Assembly: GCA_951406725.2 (NCBI GenBank)
Contig: OX597825.1
Span: 25,792,001-25,856,000, forward strand
From: Octopus vulgaris
Taxonomy: Eukaryota
Reading direction: 5' to 3'
Length of the DNA: 64,000 bases
Part shown: piece by piece, positions 1 to 13,159 of the stretch
How positions within the stretch are numbered: position 1 is the first letter of the stretch
Layout: every line of letters starts with the position of its first letter
Position numbers and translations under genes: made by a program
The notes under the pieces: model-generated
The model's input: only the letters and a program-made list of their open reading frames with translations
Told to the model about the DNA's origin: nothing
The model's database searches: none

Positions 1-40
1 TCTATGGTTTTGCACATACGCGTACGCACACATATTCACA

Positions 41-1240
41 AATACTTTCGTTGGGTGGTTTCACTCCTTAGATATGGAGCAGTGGTAATGCCATGGACAG
101 TAAAGGAACTAAACAGCTTAAAATGAAGGAAGCTGCTGACTAGATATGTGATACTCGACCCAAAATGTGACACAGACAGACAGTATGTACCAAGAAAAAG
201 AGGGGAAGTGAACTGATTGGATGCGAACAGAGCATCCAATCAGTGTTAGAGCATGGATCATAGCATGGTGTATAAAAAAATGTCACAGAACCACAATTAT
301 TGGAAGTAAGAAGCTCATGTTTCTGTAGGATGAAAGTTTGCAAAGATAAAGCACTGTACAAGCAGTTGAGAATGAATAAAACTGAAAACAGGTGGATAAA
401 GAAAAGAATGCATGAACAATTTCATAGGGATGTTGAAGATAAGAAGACAGACAGAGAAACAAAGATTGCTATGGATGACTAAGAGTGATTTAAAACCGGA
501 AACAGAGGTTCTAATCTGTGCTGTCCAAGAGCAAGCATTAAGAACGAATTACATCAAATATAGAATAGACAACACACCAGAAAGTGATAAGTGCAGAATT
601 TGCAGACAAAAAGGTGAAACAGTATGGCATATTACCAGTCAATGTACGCCAAACCCCAGAAAGAATATAAGAGACGTTATGGCAATATAGCAAGGATTGT
701 CCTTTGGACACTTAGCAACAAGTATTGACTTGACAGAGCAAAACAGTGGTACGAACATAAACCCGAGGGCATCATCGAAAATGATAATGCAGAGATCCTA
801 TAGGATTTTATGATTCAGAGCAACCATGAGATAGAGAATAAGAAGCTAGACATATTGTTCATTGAGAAAGAAAGGAAATGATGCTGGATCATAGATATAG
901 CATGCCCAGCTAACAACAAGGTGTGCGATAAGGAGGAAAGCAAAGTCGTTAGATATGACAGGTTAGCTTAGGAGGTTAAGCAGGTGTGGTCGGTGAAAAA
1001 GGTGGTAATAGTACCAAAAATTGTCGGAGCCCTGAGAACAGCGAGTAAAAGTTTTCAGAAGTACGTAGAATAAATAGGGGTTGCAATGAGGGTGGAACAC
1101 TTGCAGAAAACAGTGCTGATTGGAACGGCTCCAATACTGCGGAAATACCGCGCGAAAAGTGAAGGGTGTTGCCTTAATTCACCGGTAGTGAACCTCTGGC
1201 ACTGTAGTACATCTCTAGCGATAGAAGCTGTGCAAAGACA
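41..1240 (+). mobile_element. 5'-truncated, decayed R4/Dong-type non-LTR retrotransposon (RT thumb, CCHC zinc knuckle, restriction-like endonuclease)
   Basis: Frameshifted translation gives SLLRYGAVVMPWTVKEL, PKCDTDRQYVPRK, LKPETEVLICAVQEQALRTN, CRICRQKGETVWHITSQC (CCHC), WYEHKPEG, IIDIACP, VPKIVGAL, HLQKTVLIGTA. Ends directly in (TAAA)n/(TAA)n. Confidence 0.9.
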
Positions 1241-1270
1241 ATAAATAAATAAATAAATAAATAAATGATG

Positions 1271-1320
<50 letters not shown>

Positions 1321-1370
1321 ACTACTACTACTACTACTACTAATAATAATAATAATAGTAGCACTAATTA
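1240..1370 (+). repeat. (TAAA)n/(TAA)n/(TAC)n microsatellite, tail or target of the R4-type element
   Basis: Directly visible tandem repeats. Confidence 0.95.
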
Positions 1371-2518
1371 TAAATATACTAATTTGAACCTTGTACACTG
1401 GCATATTTTTAGTGAAGTGATTATTGGAAAGTTGCGATATGCATAATTTTCAAGTTTTGATAATACTAGGGGGTGCAGCATAAGCGAATTCATTGAGTAA
1501 CGAACCCGTATTGGAAACTGAAACATTCGGTAAATTATATATTCCTTGATATAGCTTGCGACGATATTTGCTTTCAATTCCCGACATATAAATGACATTA
1601 AAATGAAAATACAACTCTCTGCACAAAAGAATATATATTTAAATATTAAAAAAAAAATTAGTTCTAAAAAGGTCACCAATGTTTTATTTCCCATGATTTT
1701 ATGTCAATAACATTCAAAAGACTACCACTGAAATATACTTAAAACAAATAACAGGATAAATAATTAAATAAATGCATAAATCTATAAAATCCGTTACATT
1801 CAACGCTTCTGGCATGTATTCAAATGAAATTCAAGGATATCATTCAATATAAATGGCGTTCACAAAGAAAGCAGCTTCATTGTAACAAATATCGAAAACC
1901 CATCGCTTCGTTGCATTGCATACGTATTTGGTTGTTATTTAATCACCACCTTTAAACTTAAACATCTGAAATATCACTCTGATTTGAGACATGCATTACA
2001 AAAAAAATGAATAAAACAAAGGTAAATGATATATAGACTGATAGAGAGGGAGAAAAATAAAGAATTAGTGAGAGAGAGAGACAGAGCTAGTGGGAGGCAG
2101 AGAATGAAAGAGAGAATTTACGCATCATATAGGAAGACCTTTTCCAGATACAGACATACGGATATACATATAAGTTACCATAGTGTTTTCGGATGTGTGT
2201 CAATATTGATCACGTCAGATTTTTAGAGTTTATGTGTTTGTTTCTATGAACTTTCTTTTTAATTTATACATATTTAATCATATATAGTGTAAACGCCATA
2301 AAAATATATTTTCTATATTACCATTCAGTCAGAACGTGATTCTGTACATGGTCATGTATGTATTAAAAACTTGTATATGTTTTGCGTGTGTGGGTGTATA
2401 CGCGTTATTTCCCTTTACCTACATTTGCGTATAGAATGTTGTTGTTTTCGCGTTTATGTACACCGACTGTGTTAATATGTCTGACAGCCAGGCATTTTCT
2501 TTTCCTTTTTCCCCTCAG

Positions 2519-2798
2519 GAATATTTCGGTCGATTCAAATGTTCGACTTCCTACAGTAGATATATACCTCACCGATCGATTAGATAATGCTTAAAGTGTT
2601 AAAATACCCGCTGAATAAGATATGCAAAGAGACTGACGTAAAGGTCATGCATGGAAAATGTTTGATGAATAATCTCACCAGAAGAAATAGAAATGAAAAA
2701 GAAAAACAATCCAACAAAGACACCGCCACCTCCAACAACACGAACAACGATAGACACGAGTCAACAAGCGAAAATCTTCATCATTAACAAAAAGACGG
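2519..2798 (+). other. Candidate exon (5'UTR or lncRNA)
   Basis: Polypyrimidine tract plus CAG acceptor (ttttcttttcctttttcccctcag, AG at 2517-2518) and consensus donor CGG|GTGAGT (GT at 2799). Unique sequence; only short ORFs (2587-2787, and 2693 onward). Confidence 0.45.
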
Positions 2799-3244
2799 GT
2801 GAGTTCCGTTCAGTTGAGGTTCTGTTAACAATAAGTATGTTTGCCACACTCTCGTTCGAATCTCAGTTGATGAATATACAATGAAACATTTCTGAAACCT
2901 AATATATTTTAATGAATTTTGTGATTTGTTTTTGGTTAACAATCATTCACAATTATGCTTGATGACAAAATAGGTTGACTGTTGAAAATTTTTAGCAGAG
3001 AGTCATTTTATAAGTTAATTCAACGACGTCATTTCTTGTTTGCTGTAAACTCATTACATTTGCAATAAACATTAACGTTTTAAATGTCATAAAAGCCATA
3101 TCATTCAAAAACTAATAAAACCTCAGTACATAAATATAAATCTAACTAAATTTACTCATAGACAGAGATAGGTTGATAGACTGATAAACAGACAGCTAGA
3201 TAGATAGATTGATAAACATATAGATAGACAGACAGATAGATTGA

Positions 3245-3300
<56 letters not shown>

Positions 3301-3560
3301 AGGCGCAATGGCCCAGTGGTTAGGGCAGCGGACGGGCGTTCTGAGTGTTTATTGAGCGAAAACACCTAAAAGATCCACGAGGCTCCGCCAGGGGTTGGTG
3401 GCCATCCCTGATGTACTCTTCCGCCACAACTTTCTCTCACTCTTTCTTCTGTTGGCCTGCTCGCTTAGCCAGTGGGGTGGCGTCATTTGAAGGCTATAAC
3501 AATGCAAAGCACATTGTGACCAGCGATGTGTAGCAACATCTGATAGCCTGGTTGGTCATG

Positions 3561-3566
<6 letters not shown>
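3301..3566 (+). mobile_element. tRNA-derived SINE, family C (B-box region deleted)
   Basis: A-box-like TGGCCCAGTGGTTAGGGCAG. Body aligns by eye with the minus-strand copy at 48280-48564. Flanked by (TA)n/(TG)n. Confidence 0.8.
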
Positions 3567-3621
<55 letters not shown>

Positions 3622-3760
3622 GATAGATTGATAGACTAATTTTAATTGAATGATAGCAGTCATGCGATTTCAGAAAGAATACAGACGAATGTTACTCAAA
3701 GCTTGTTGCTTTCGTAAAACATATCGAGATCTTAAGACACTTGGATCCTCAGAGAATACC

Positions 3761-3975
3761 TATTTCTTTATTACCCACAAGGGGCTAAACACAGAGGCAA
3801 CAAACAAGGACAGACATAGGTATTAAGTCGATTACATCGACCCAGTTCGTAACTGGTACTTAATTTATCGACCCCGAAAGGATGAAAGGCAAAGTCGACC
3901 TCGGCGGAATTTGAACTAACAACGTAACGCAGACGAAATTTCGCCCGGCGTGCTAACGTTTCTGCCAGCTCGCCG
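3761..3975 (-). mobile_element. tRNA-derived SINE, family A, with 14-bp TSD
   Basis: Head GGCGAGCTGGCAGAA...GTTCAAATTCC on the minus strand. Direct repeat CCTCAGAGAATACC at 3747-3760 and 3976-3989. Confidence 0.92.
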
Positions 3976-4059
3976 CCTCAGAGAATACCATTACGGTCTT
4001 GTTGTATGCCAGTTTGACTATGTGTATGTGCGTATATAATTTATCTGTTATCTTTTATC

Positions 4060-4225
4060 TTTTACTTGACTGAGGCCATGCTGGGGCAGAACCTTGAAAA
4101 TTTTAAATTCGAATGTATCGACTCCAGTAGTTTCTTTTTAAACCTGGTACTTATCATATCAAAGTATTTTGCTGAACCGCTAAGTTACGGGCAGATAAAC
4201 ACACCAATACCAGTCGTCAACCGTT
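4060..4225 (-). mobile_element. SINE family B, 3' fragment
   Basis: Matches the reverse complement of the 3' half of 6418-6873 (gaaccgctaagttacggg...taaacacacca). Confidence 0.75.
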
Positions 4226-4229
4226 GGTT

Positions 4230-4703
4230 GGGTGTAGAGGTGGGGTATATGGGAGTGGGTGTAAGGGATGGGGTGGGGGTGTGATGGGACGGATAGGGAA
4301 GATGGGGTGGATTGTGTAAGGGTGGACTTACGTGGGAAGGCTGATGATGAAGGGAGAGGGGGAAGGCGGGTAGGAATGAAGAGAAGAGAGAAGAGGAGAG
4401 AAGGGTTAGTTGAAGAGAGGAGGAGGGTTAGATGAAGAAGGGAGGAGATTTCAGCCCATGTGACGCTAAGGAGAAGATTAATCCCTGTTCACGGCGAAGA
4501 CGGGAGTCCGGATGGCCCCTGTGCAAGGACAATCCGCATACAGACAGGAGTCGCAAAGAGTGACCGGTAGAGTGGAAATAGCGCGAGACCAGGGTGTCAT
4601 TGCCGAGTCGGATGTCTCGGAGGTGTTCCGCGAACCGGTCAGTCAAGCCGCGTCTCGTTTGCCCGATGTATAGAGAAGGGCAGTGAGAGCAGGGGATGCA
4701 GTC
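4230..4703 (-). mobile_element. Penelope-like element remnant (GIY-YIG endonuclease plus C-rich 3' region)
   Basis: Minus-strand translation CIPCSHCPSLYIGQTRRGLTDRFAEHLRDIR...VSRYFHSTGHS...RREQGLIFSL, with the YIGQT, RFxEH and REQxxIF motifs of PLE GIY-YIG domains. Confidence 0.88.
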
Positions 4704-5348
4704 ATACGTCCCCGTGCGTATGTGCTAATGTGCACAACTGTGTTGTTACTAGTTATAGACAGAGGAAAAGAATAAAAAGAATCAGAATAAACAGTGGTAG
4801 GGGATGGGAGAATAGAGAAAGAGAGAAGGAAAACTGATCTGAAAATAGCGTTCCTAAAATAACTAAGTAAAAGATAAAAGATACGTCAAAACCCTTATGT
4901 GTATATAGTCAACACTCTAAATGCACATATAAACAGACAAGCAAATCCACATAAATACATACATATAGATACATAATAACATGCATGCTTACACACGTAC
5001 AAATATACAAATAACCACTCACACACACACACACATATATATCTACATACATATATACAATGCACATATACGCATACGGATATATTCAAAACTGTTTGTC
5101 TGTTGTATTGAATATTAAAATAATAAAAATAGTGCAATTTCAGTGGTGTAGATTGAATGAAATCAATTATAAAATTATATTAAATTGCTAAAAATATTAT
5201 TTAGAATATTATATTTAGTGCAATATCAATTTGAAAATATGAATTTTAAAATGAGTAATATTTTGACCTCGGTAAAATTTAATTCAGAAACATAGCAACT
5301 GCCGAAAAATTGCTACCAACAGAATATGTATTCATATGTATGCATACA

Positions 5349-5401
<53 letters not shown>

Positions 5402-6141
5402 TTGTGTGTGTGTTGTGTGTGTGTAAATATATATATACTTATATATATTTACATATGCGTGTGTATGTTTGTATTTGTGTCTCAGTCACTCTGTCTACGT
5501 ATGTATAAACGTACACACACGCAGGCACACACTCACACACGCGCGCGTGAACACACACATACACAGATACAAAACATCCTGATCATTGTTGTATTTAACT
5601 CTGCCCATTTAAATTTGCTAATTTTCATGCTGATACCCGTCATTGAGTGGGCCTCGGAGAAAATATTCCTCATTGAACTTTGTTTTGAGATGAAGTATTC
5701 GCGGAGTAAATTTAGCTTCTTTAAATATTTAGCCACGCCTTCATCACGTGTCGCAAGCAACGTGCATCCCTTCGTTTTTATTCCAAGATCAATTAATGAT
5801 AGAGCAGACTATCAGCAATAACTATAGTTCGAATCCCAACCCCACAAGAAAACAAAAAAACAAAACCAACAAGAAAACAAAACAATTTGTTAATACACGC
5901 ATCGGCAAGGATTCCATTGAAAGGATCTGTCACGCAATTTCCGTTCTCATTTAAATTTAATGCGCATTATTTTGGCCGCTAACATCCTTGAAAACTGACA
6001 TGTCCGTCACACAACTATATTTTCCATCAATACGTATTTCAAATCAATTATTATATTTAATATCGAAAGCCATTGAATAGGAATGCACTATATTTGCGAA
6101 GTGATATTATGATCAGGTTTCGATTTACAGTTCTTCTAATT

Positions 6142-6305
6142 TTAGTTAGTTAGTTAGTTAGTTAGTTAATTTGGCTCAAAAGCAAATAGCAAGGCCATGT
6201 AGGGGGACATGGAGTTAAGTACAGGGTGGTGTTCATGTAAAGAGTTCAGGCCACTTGAGGTCAAGGGAGGCTTTGAACAAAGCGGTCGTCGGCATCTTCA
6301 CCACA
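6142..6305 (-). mobile_element. 3' end of a CR1-like LINE with (TAAC)n tail
   Basis: Minus-strand translation VVKMPTTALFKASLDLKWPELF, then a short 3'UTR and a tetranucleotide tail (TTAG)n on the plus strand. Confidence 0.6.
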
Positions 6306-6417
6306 GTAGCGTTGTTCATGCTTCAGAGAAAAACAGGAACCTGGTATCATTCTCTTTCTCATTTCCTTGAACACATGACAACTATTTTCATGTTTTGTCT
6401 CGAGAATTGTTGCCATA

Positions 6418-6580
6418 GATGCAGGAGTGGCTGTGTGGTAAGTATCTTGCTTACCAACCACATGGTTCCGGGTTCAGTACCCCTGTGTGGGTCTTTGTGC
6501 AAGTGTCTTCTACTATAGCCTCGGGCCGACCAAAGCCTTGTGAGTGGATTTCGTAGACGGAAACTGAAAGAAGCCCGTCG

Positions 6581-6665
<85 letters not shown>

Positions 6666-6873
6666 CTGTGTTTGACCCCAACCATCGCTTGACAACCGAT
6701 GTTGGTGTGTTTACGTTCCCGTAACGTAGCGGTTCGGCAAAAGAGACCGATAGAATAAGTAGTAGGCTTACAAAGAATAAGTCCTGGGGTCGATTTCTTC
6801 GACTTAAGGTGGTGCTCCAGCATGGCCGCAGTCAAATGACTGAAACAAGTAAAAGAGTAAAGAGTAAAGAGTA
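6418..6873 (+). mobile_element. tRNA-derived SINE family B, full length, with internal (TA)n(TG)n
   Basis: A-box TGGCTGTGTGG, B-box-like GGTTCAGTACC, tail (AAAGAGT)n. Near-identical copies at 40927, 47205 and 59995. Confidence 0.92.
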
Positions 6874-8011
6874 TATGTAGTTTCATGTCCCTCAATTGAC
6901 GATTTTATTTATACTCGAACTGAAATTTTCTTTGCCAAAACATCTAGTAACAACTTGCCATAAATATAACCCATTTGATATGTATAATAAAATAAATGAG
7001 GTGTGAAGGTAGTAATACTTTTTCATGGTTGGAGAAAGAATAATAATTCTAGAGTCCCTCTATAGTGATAGCGGCGTAACTGAAGGTACAAACGCGTTGT
7101 TTGTGGTTCTGTCACGATTGAAGTCCACACGAAAGAGATAGCAGAACGTGGTATTTTAAACACTTTCAAGTCAATATTTGTCAGTTGTAAAATGTTAGCA
7201 AGAAGCTATTAGTAAGTTGTTTCCTACCTATTATAAATAAATGGACAATGTTATTGGATATTAAATCGAGAAAATGGAGAGCATTGCCTGTTGTACCACT
7301 GTAAGTTTAAGCTCTACCAATATTTAACCCTTCTTCACCATAACGAGTCAATGATCATTAGAACTCACTATTAATGATATTTCTATCTAATAATCTAAAT
7401 TTTCAAGCTTATTAACTCCTCGGAAATTTAATTAATTATCGCCATAACTCACCTTATATTTAACCAAGCAGCACAATGCAACATAATCACAATGGATTGG
7501 AAATGTTCCTTTCCGACAAAATTGAAATGAAATGAAATGGCATTAAACTGTGTAGAGAAGCCAGTTGTGGAATCTGTTCCCTAGTCTAGAACAGTTTCAA
7601 ATGCTTTTATCCGTCATTAGAACGCCATTACTGCATAAGCGATATATTTTAAAATGTTTGATGTGGAAATAATACTTCATATTTTAGCATTAATTGTTAG
7701 GATTTCAAATCGATAATTAGATAACAGGTTGTGTTACGAGATCAATTGTTAATTAAGTATTTATGTTCCTGCCACAAAATACATCGAGAAACAATACAAA
7801 ATTTCAATAAAACGAAAGATCTGGTCTCTATGTAAGCTAAATGCTTCTAATATTCTGATAAATGCTATAATCTGAAAAGAACCTCCATCGTCCAAATAAT
7901 TTGATATATTAATATTGATAAAGGATTTTGTCGGCCTAGTGCCAAAATTTGAAACCAATATTGATAAAGGCTTACAATAGTGAATACATGATTAATTACA
8001 AACAACAAGCA

Positions 8012-8102
8012 CAATAATCCCGCGACTATCGCAGGAGTTACGTTCCAAAACACCCTGCGATAGGTGAAAATCTGCGAAGTAGAAACAGTTCTGTACTGTA
8101 TA

Positions 8103-8169
<67 letters not shown>

Positions 8170-8537
8170 TGTATATATTTATTTTATTATAAAAGCAAAA
8201 CAACAGCACACACTCGCCTCTCGAGTTTCGTTTTCCATATAGTACATGCGATTCTTTGTTTACTAATTTATGGTACACTACGTATTTTCTTTCAATGCAT
8301 TTTAGTTAAAGTTACACACTGAACTTCTGTAGGGTATTTTCATTTATTAATTTATTAGCTTTTAGGTGTGAAAACGCTAATTTTACCACAGAAATAATTA
8401 AAATCTAAAAAAATATAAATAACTATCGGTCGCAGAAACTGAGGAGTCCACGATATAAATTTACACATATTAGCCACAAAAATCCGTGATATACTGAGGG
8501 CGCGATGGGTGAAGCACAATATGGCCAGTGATTACCG
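8012..8537. mobile_element. Tigger/pogo-like (Tc1-mariner superfamily) MITE
   Basis: Degenerate terminal inverted repeats CAATAATCCCGCGACTATCGC ... GCACAATATGGCCAGTGATTACCG, followed by TA. Internal AAAATCYGYGA motifs; no ORF; internal (TTA)n. Confidence 0.65.
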
Positions 8538-8669
8538 TATAATTACCGTGATTACTGATTTATGCACAAGGTACTGCAAAATTGTGAGGTGGAGCGGGAT
8601 AATGTGTCAATTATATTTACCCCAGTACTTCATTGTGTTCTTTATTTTATTGACACTGAAACAAGAAAG

Positions 8670-9070
8670 TTCTAATTACAAGGCCCGACATTTTTGCGGA
8701 GGCTAGCAGTTTTGGGAAGAATGTAAATCAATTACATCGACCCCAGCGATTAAATTGTACTTATTTTACCGACCCCGAAAAAGTGAAAGGAAAGTTCAAC
8801 CTCAGCGGAACGTAATGATGAACGAAAAGGCAAGATACCTATTTCTTTACTACCCACCAGGAGCTAAACACAAAGGGGACAAACAAGGACTGACAAACGG
8901 ATTAAGTCGATTACATCGACCCCAATGCGTAACTGGTACTTAATTTATCGACCTCGAAAGGATGAAAAGCAAAGTCGACCACGGCGGAATTTGAACTCAG
9001 AACGTAACGACAGACGAAATACCGCTAAGCATTTCGCCCGACGTGCTAACATTTCTGCCAGCCAGCTGCT
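8670..9070 (-). mobile_element. Two adjacent family A SINE copies (older 8670-8830, younger 8836-9070)
   Basis: The core cgaccccgaaaggatgaaaggcaaagtcgacc appears twice at different divergence. Confidence 0.85.
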
Positions 9071-10132
9071 CTAAATGATCGAAATATTAAAATAATATAG
9101 TGTTTAGCAAAAGAACATACTGCAACAAAACTTTGAAAGATGTACCCTTACTAACATGGAGAAAAATTTCGGGATTCTTGATAGCTTTAGCAATCTCAAT
9201 GTAGGTTTTATTTTGAGCGGCTCTGTGACTTATGGTCATATACCCATCTTACCTAAAACACCTATACCACTTTGTTAATGCGGTCTATGTACGATACGCC
9301 CTTAAGAATATGATTTGTTAGCAGTTGTCTCCCACGCTAGATGATAAAGGAAGGCGTTTTATGAAATAGACAGACAGTTTCGAGAAAATTATCAACGTAT
9401 GGACAGCGTCTTTGGAAATAAACCGGAAACCATGACCCTCTTAATCATTTTCGTTTAGATAATATGACCTAAGAGTACCGCAGCAAATATATAAATAAGT
9501 AAATTTTCAATTTGAAAACTGAAAAAATATTATGCAACGCATTATAATGAAGCGGTATCTGTGACACGAACTCTTGAGAACTTACAGTCAAAGAAAGCAT
9601 ATGCCTGAAACTATATCCTTCAATTATAAGTTAGAGTTTGTTAACAATTCGCTCCGATAAGTCTATTGCAAAAGTTTGAAAGAGAATGCAACACACGATA
9701 TTCAGGTTATTATATTCAAGCAGATCCTCTTGAATACTAATGTGTAAATACTAAATTGAATACATATATATATGTCATATAAACATTTATACAATGGCAT
9801 ATGTATGTTCCACCGGTTTCCTAACGGATATGAAATTTGCTTTTATTTAATCAAAACAAGTCACTCGTATACAATACACAGATATATACACAGATTGTGT
9901 TTTCTTTTGTCTGGTGTGTGTGGACGTATATAGGAATTTTCGTGCATGTCAGTGTTTATGCAGGAATATACACTCACGCTCAAACATACACGCACAAAAA
10001 TAAAATCATATATATATACAAGTGTGTATGTATTGTATGATAATACAACTAATCACATCGTAAACTATAAACAGTCATTTAACCGTTGTTGTAATACAAA
10101 CGTTCTCTACTCGGAACTTTATCACGCTCTGC

Positions 10133-11345
<1,213 letters not shown>

Positions 11346-12652
11346 AATATATATATGTACCTGGATTTGTATATTGGCTAATATACATTTTTGAATGCAT
11401 AGATAATCTATATGCCTTTGTATGCGTGTATAAATGCATATGTACAGGGCACTACAGTATTACAGTATATATCTACAGACTTAAGCAAAGCCTTATGAAT
11501 AAGTTGCAAGCATCTTGTCTTTATACGCATCATATTCGTGGATAGAAAACGAAGTATCCGTGGGACAAGTTTCCAGTCTGTATTGAGATTACATTATCCA
11601 CTATTACTCGTTTAAATATCTCACAAAAACTCTTCTTATAAACCCGGAACGTGTAAAATCTTAAAAGAATCGGATAAAAGCTGCCATGACTTTTTCGGCA
11701 TCACATCTTTTCCTAGATACATCAGAAGAAATGTTTAAATCTTTCTATATTTACCGTGCTGGATAAAATGCTCCGGGATAATCTTTAATAAAGCTTAGCA
11801 TTAGAATTAAATAATGTTTAACAATAGAATGAAATATTAATGCTCCTAATCACCTGGAATACACTATATATATAAACACATCTGACGTTGCTTATCACTG
11901 GTGCTTGATTAAAAAATAATACTGTGTTAAATAAGTCAGTGATAAATGAATTAGAGAACCTATGGGGTAAACTAGGTTTCATTCTGAGACCCCAATTTTT
12001 CTCGAGGATTGTGGATAGTCGCAGGTGCTTGCTTTTGCGGTCCAAACAGAATCTTAATCTGATCACAGACTTGTGTTATAGATAAATTCGTTATAAGAAT
12101 AACGCGTAATAACTGAGGTAATAATTCCGGATCGGTGATGAATGATTTAATGATAAGCGAGGGTACATATACCAGCTGAGGATCACAATAACACCAACAA
12201 TAATGTTACCAATTTATTTTGTTAGTTGTTTAGTCCTCAGTCAGATATGATAGAGCAGAAAAATTATGTGTAAGATCACTAATGCGACTTCAATAATATT
12301 TTCATGGATTGCACAATAAACAACCATTTTAAATTATGAGGGTGACTTTTAAGAGAAATAAACTACTATTTTTAGCATGAATAAAAACATCACCATTAGT
12401 ATAACCCTCGTCCTCCTCCTCCCCTCCCCTCCTCGTCCTCGTCCTCCTCCTTCTCCTCCTCCTCATCATCATAATCATAATCGCCGTTCATTACGATGAT
12501 CTAGTTTGCACACACATTTATCATTTACTTGTTTCTGTCATTAGACAGCGACTGTGCTGGGCATGACCTTGAACGATCTTATTTTAAAGCTTGGTACAAA
12601 ATTTGTCATTCGTTTTTGCCGAACTGCTGAGTTATGGTGGAGTAAACGGTGG

Positions 12653-12708
<56 letters not shown>

Positions 12709-12742
12709 CACACACACACACACACACATAGATATATGTGTG

Positions 12743-12789
<47 letters not shown>

Positions 12790-12791
<2 letters not shown>

Positions 12792-12900
12792 GGTAAATCC
12801 TCCTCAATTCTTTCCTTTCCTGAGAGTCCAATAACACTGTACTTGTTCCACGTCCACGCGTTGTTATGTTTTCTGTTTGTGTTTTCATGTTCGGATTAAC
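12790..12900 (+). mobile_element. Penelope-type terminal fragment ending in (TA)n
   Basis: Similar to the reverse complement of 15793-15900 (ttcctttcctgag...ccacgtc...gttgtt...ttaa-(TA)n). Confidence 0.45.
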
Positions 12901-13039
12901 TATATATATATATATATGTGTCTGTGCGCGTGTGTGAGTGTGTGTACCAGAGTAGGCACATAAATGCGAAGCAAGGTGGAGAAAATAGTACTCGAATACT
13001 GGAGGTAGAATAATATGCTTTATTAATAAAGGTAAGCCT

Positions 13040-13156
13040 ATCGGTGAGGGGACAGAGACACAGAAACACACATATATACGACGGGCTTCTTTCAGTTTCT
13101 TTCTACCAAATACATTTACAAGGCTTTGGTCGGCCCGAGGGTATAGTATAAGACAC
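13040..13156 (-). mobile_element. SINE family B, internal fragment
   Basis: acgacgggcttctttcagttt...caaggctttggtcggcccgagg. Confidence 0.8.
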
Positions 13157-13159
13157 TGA

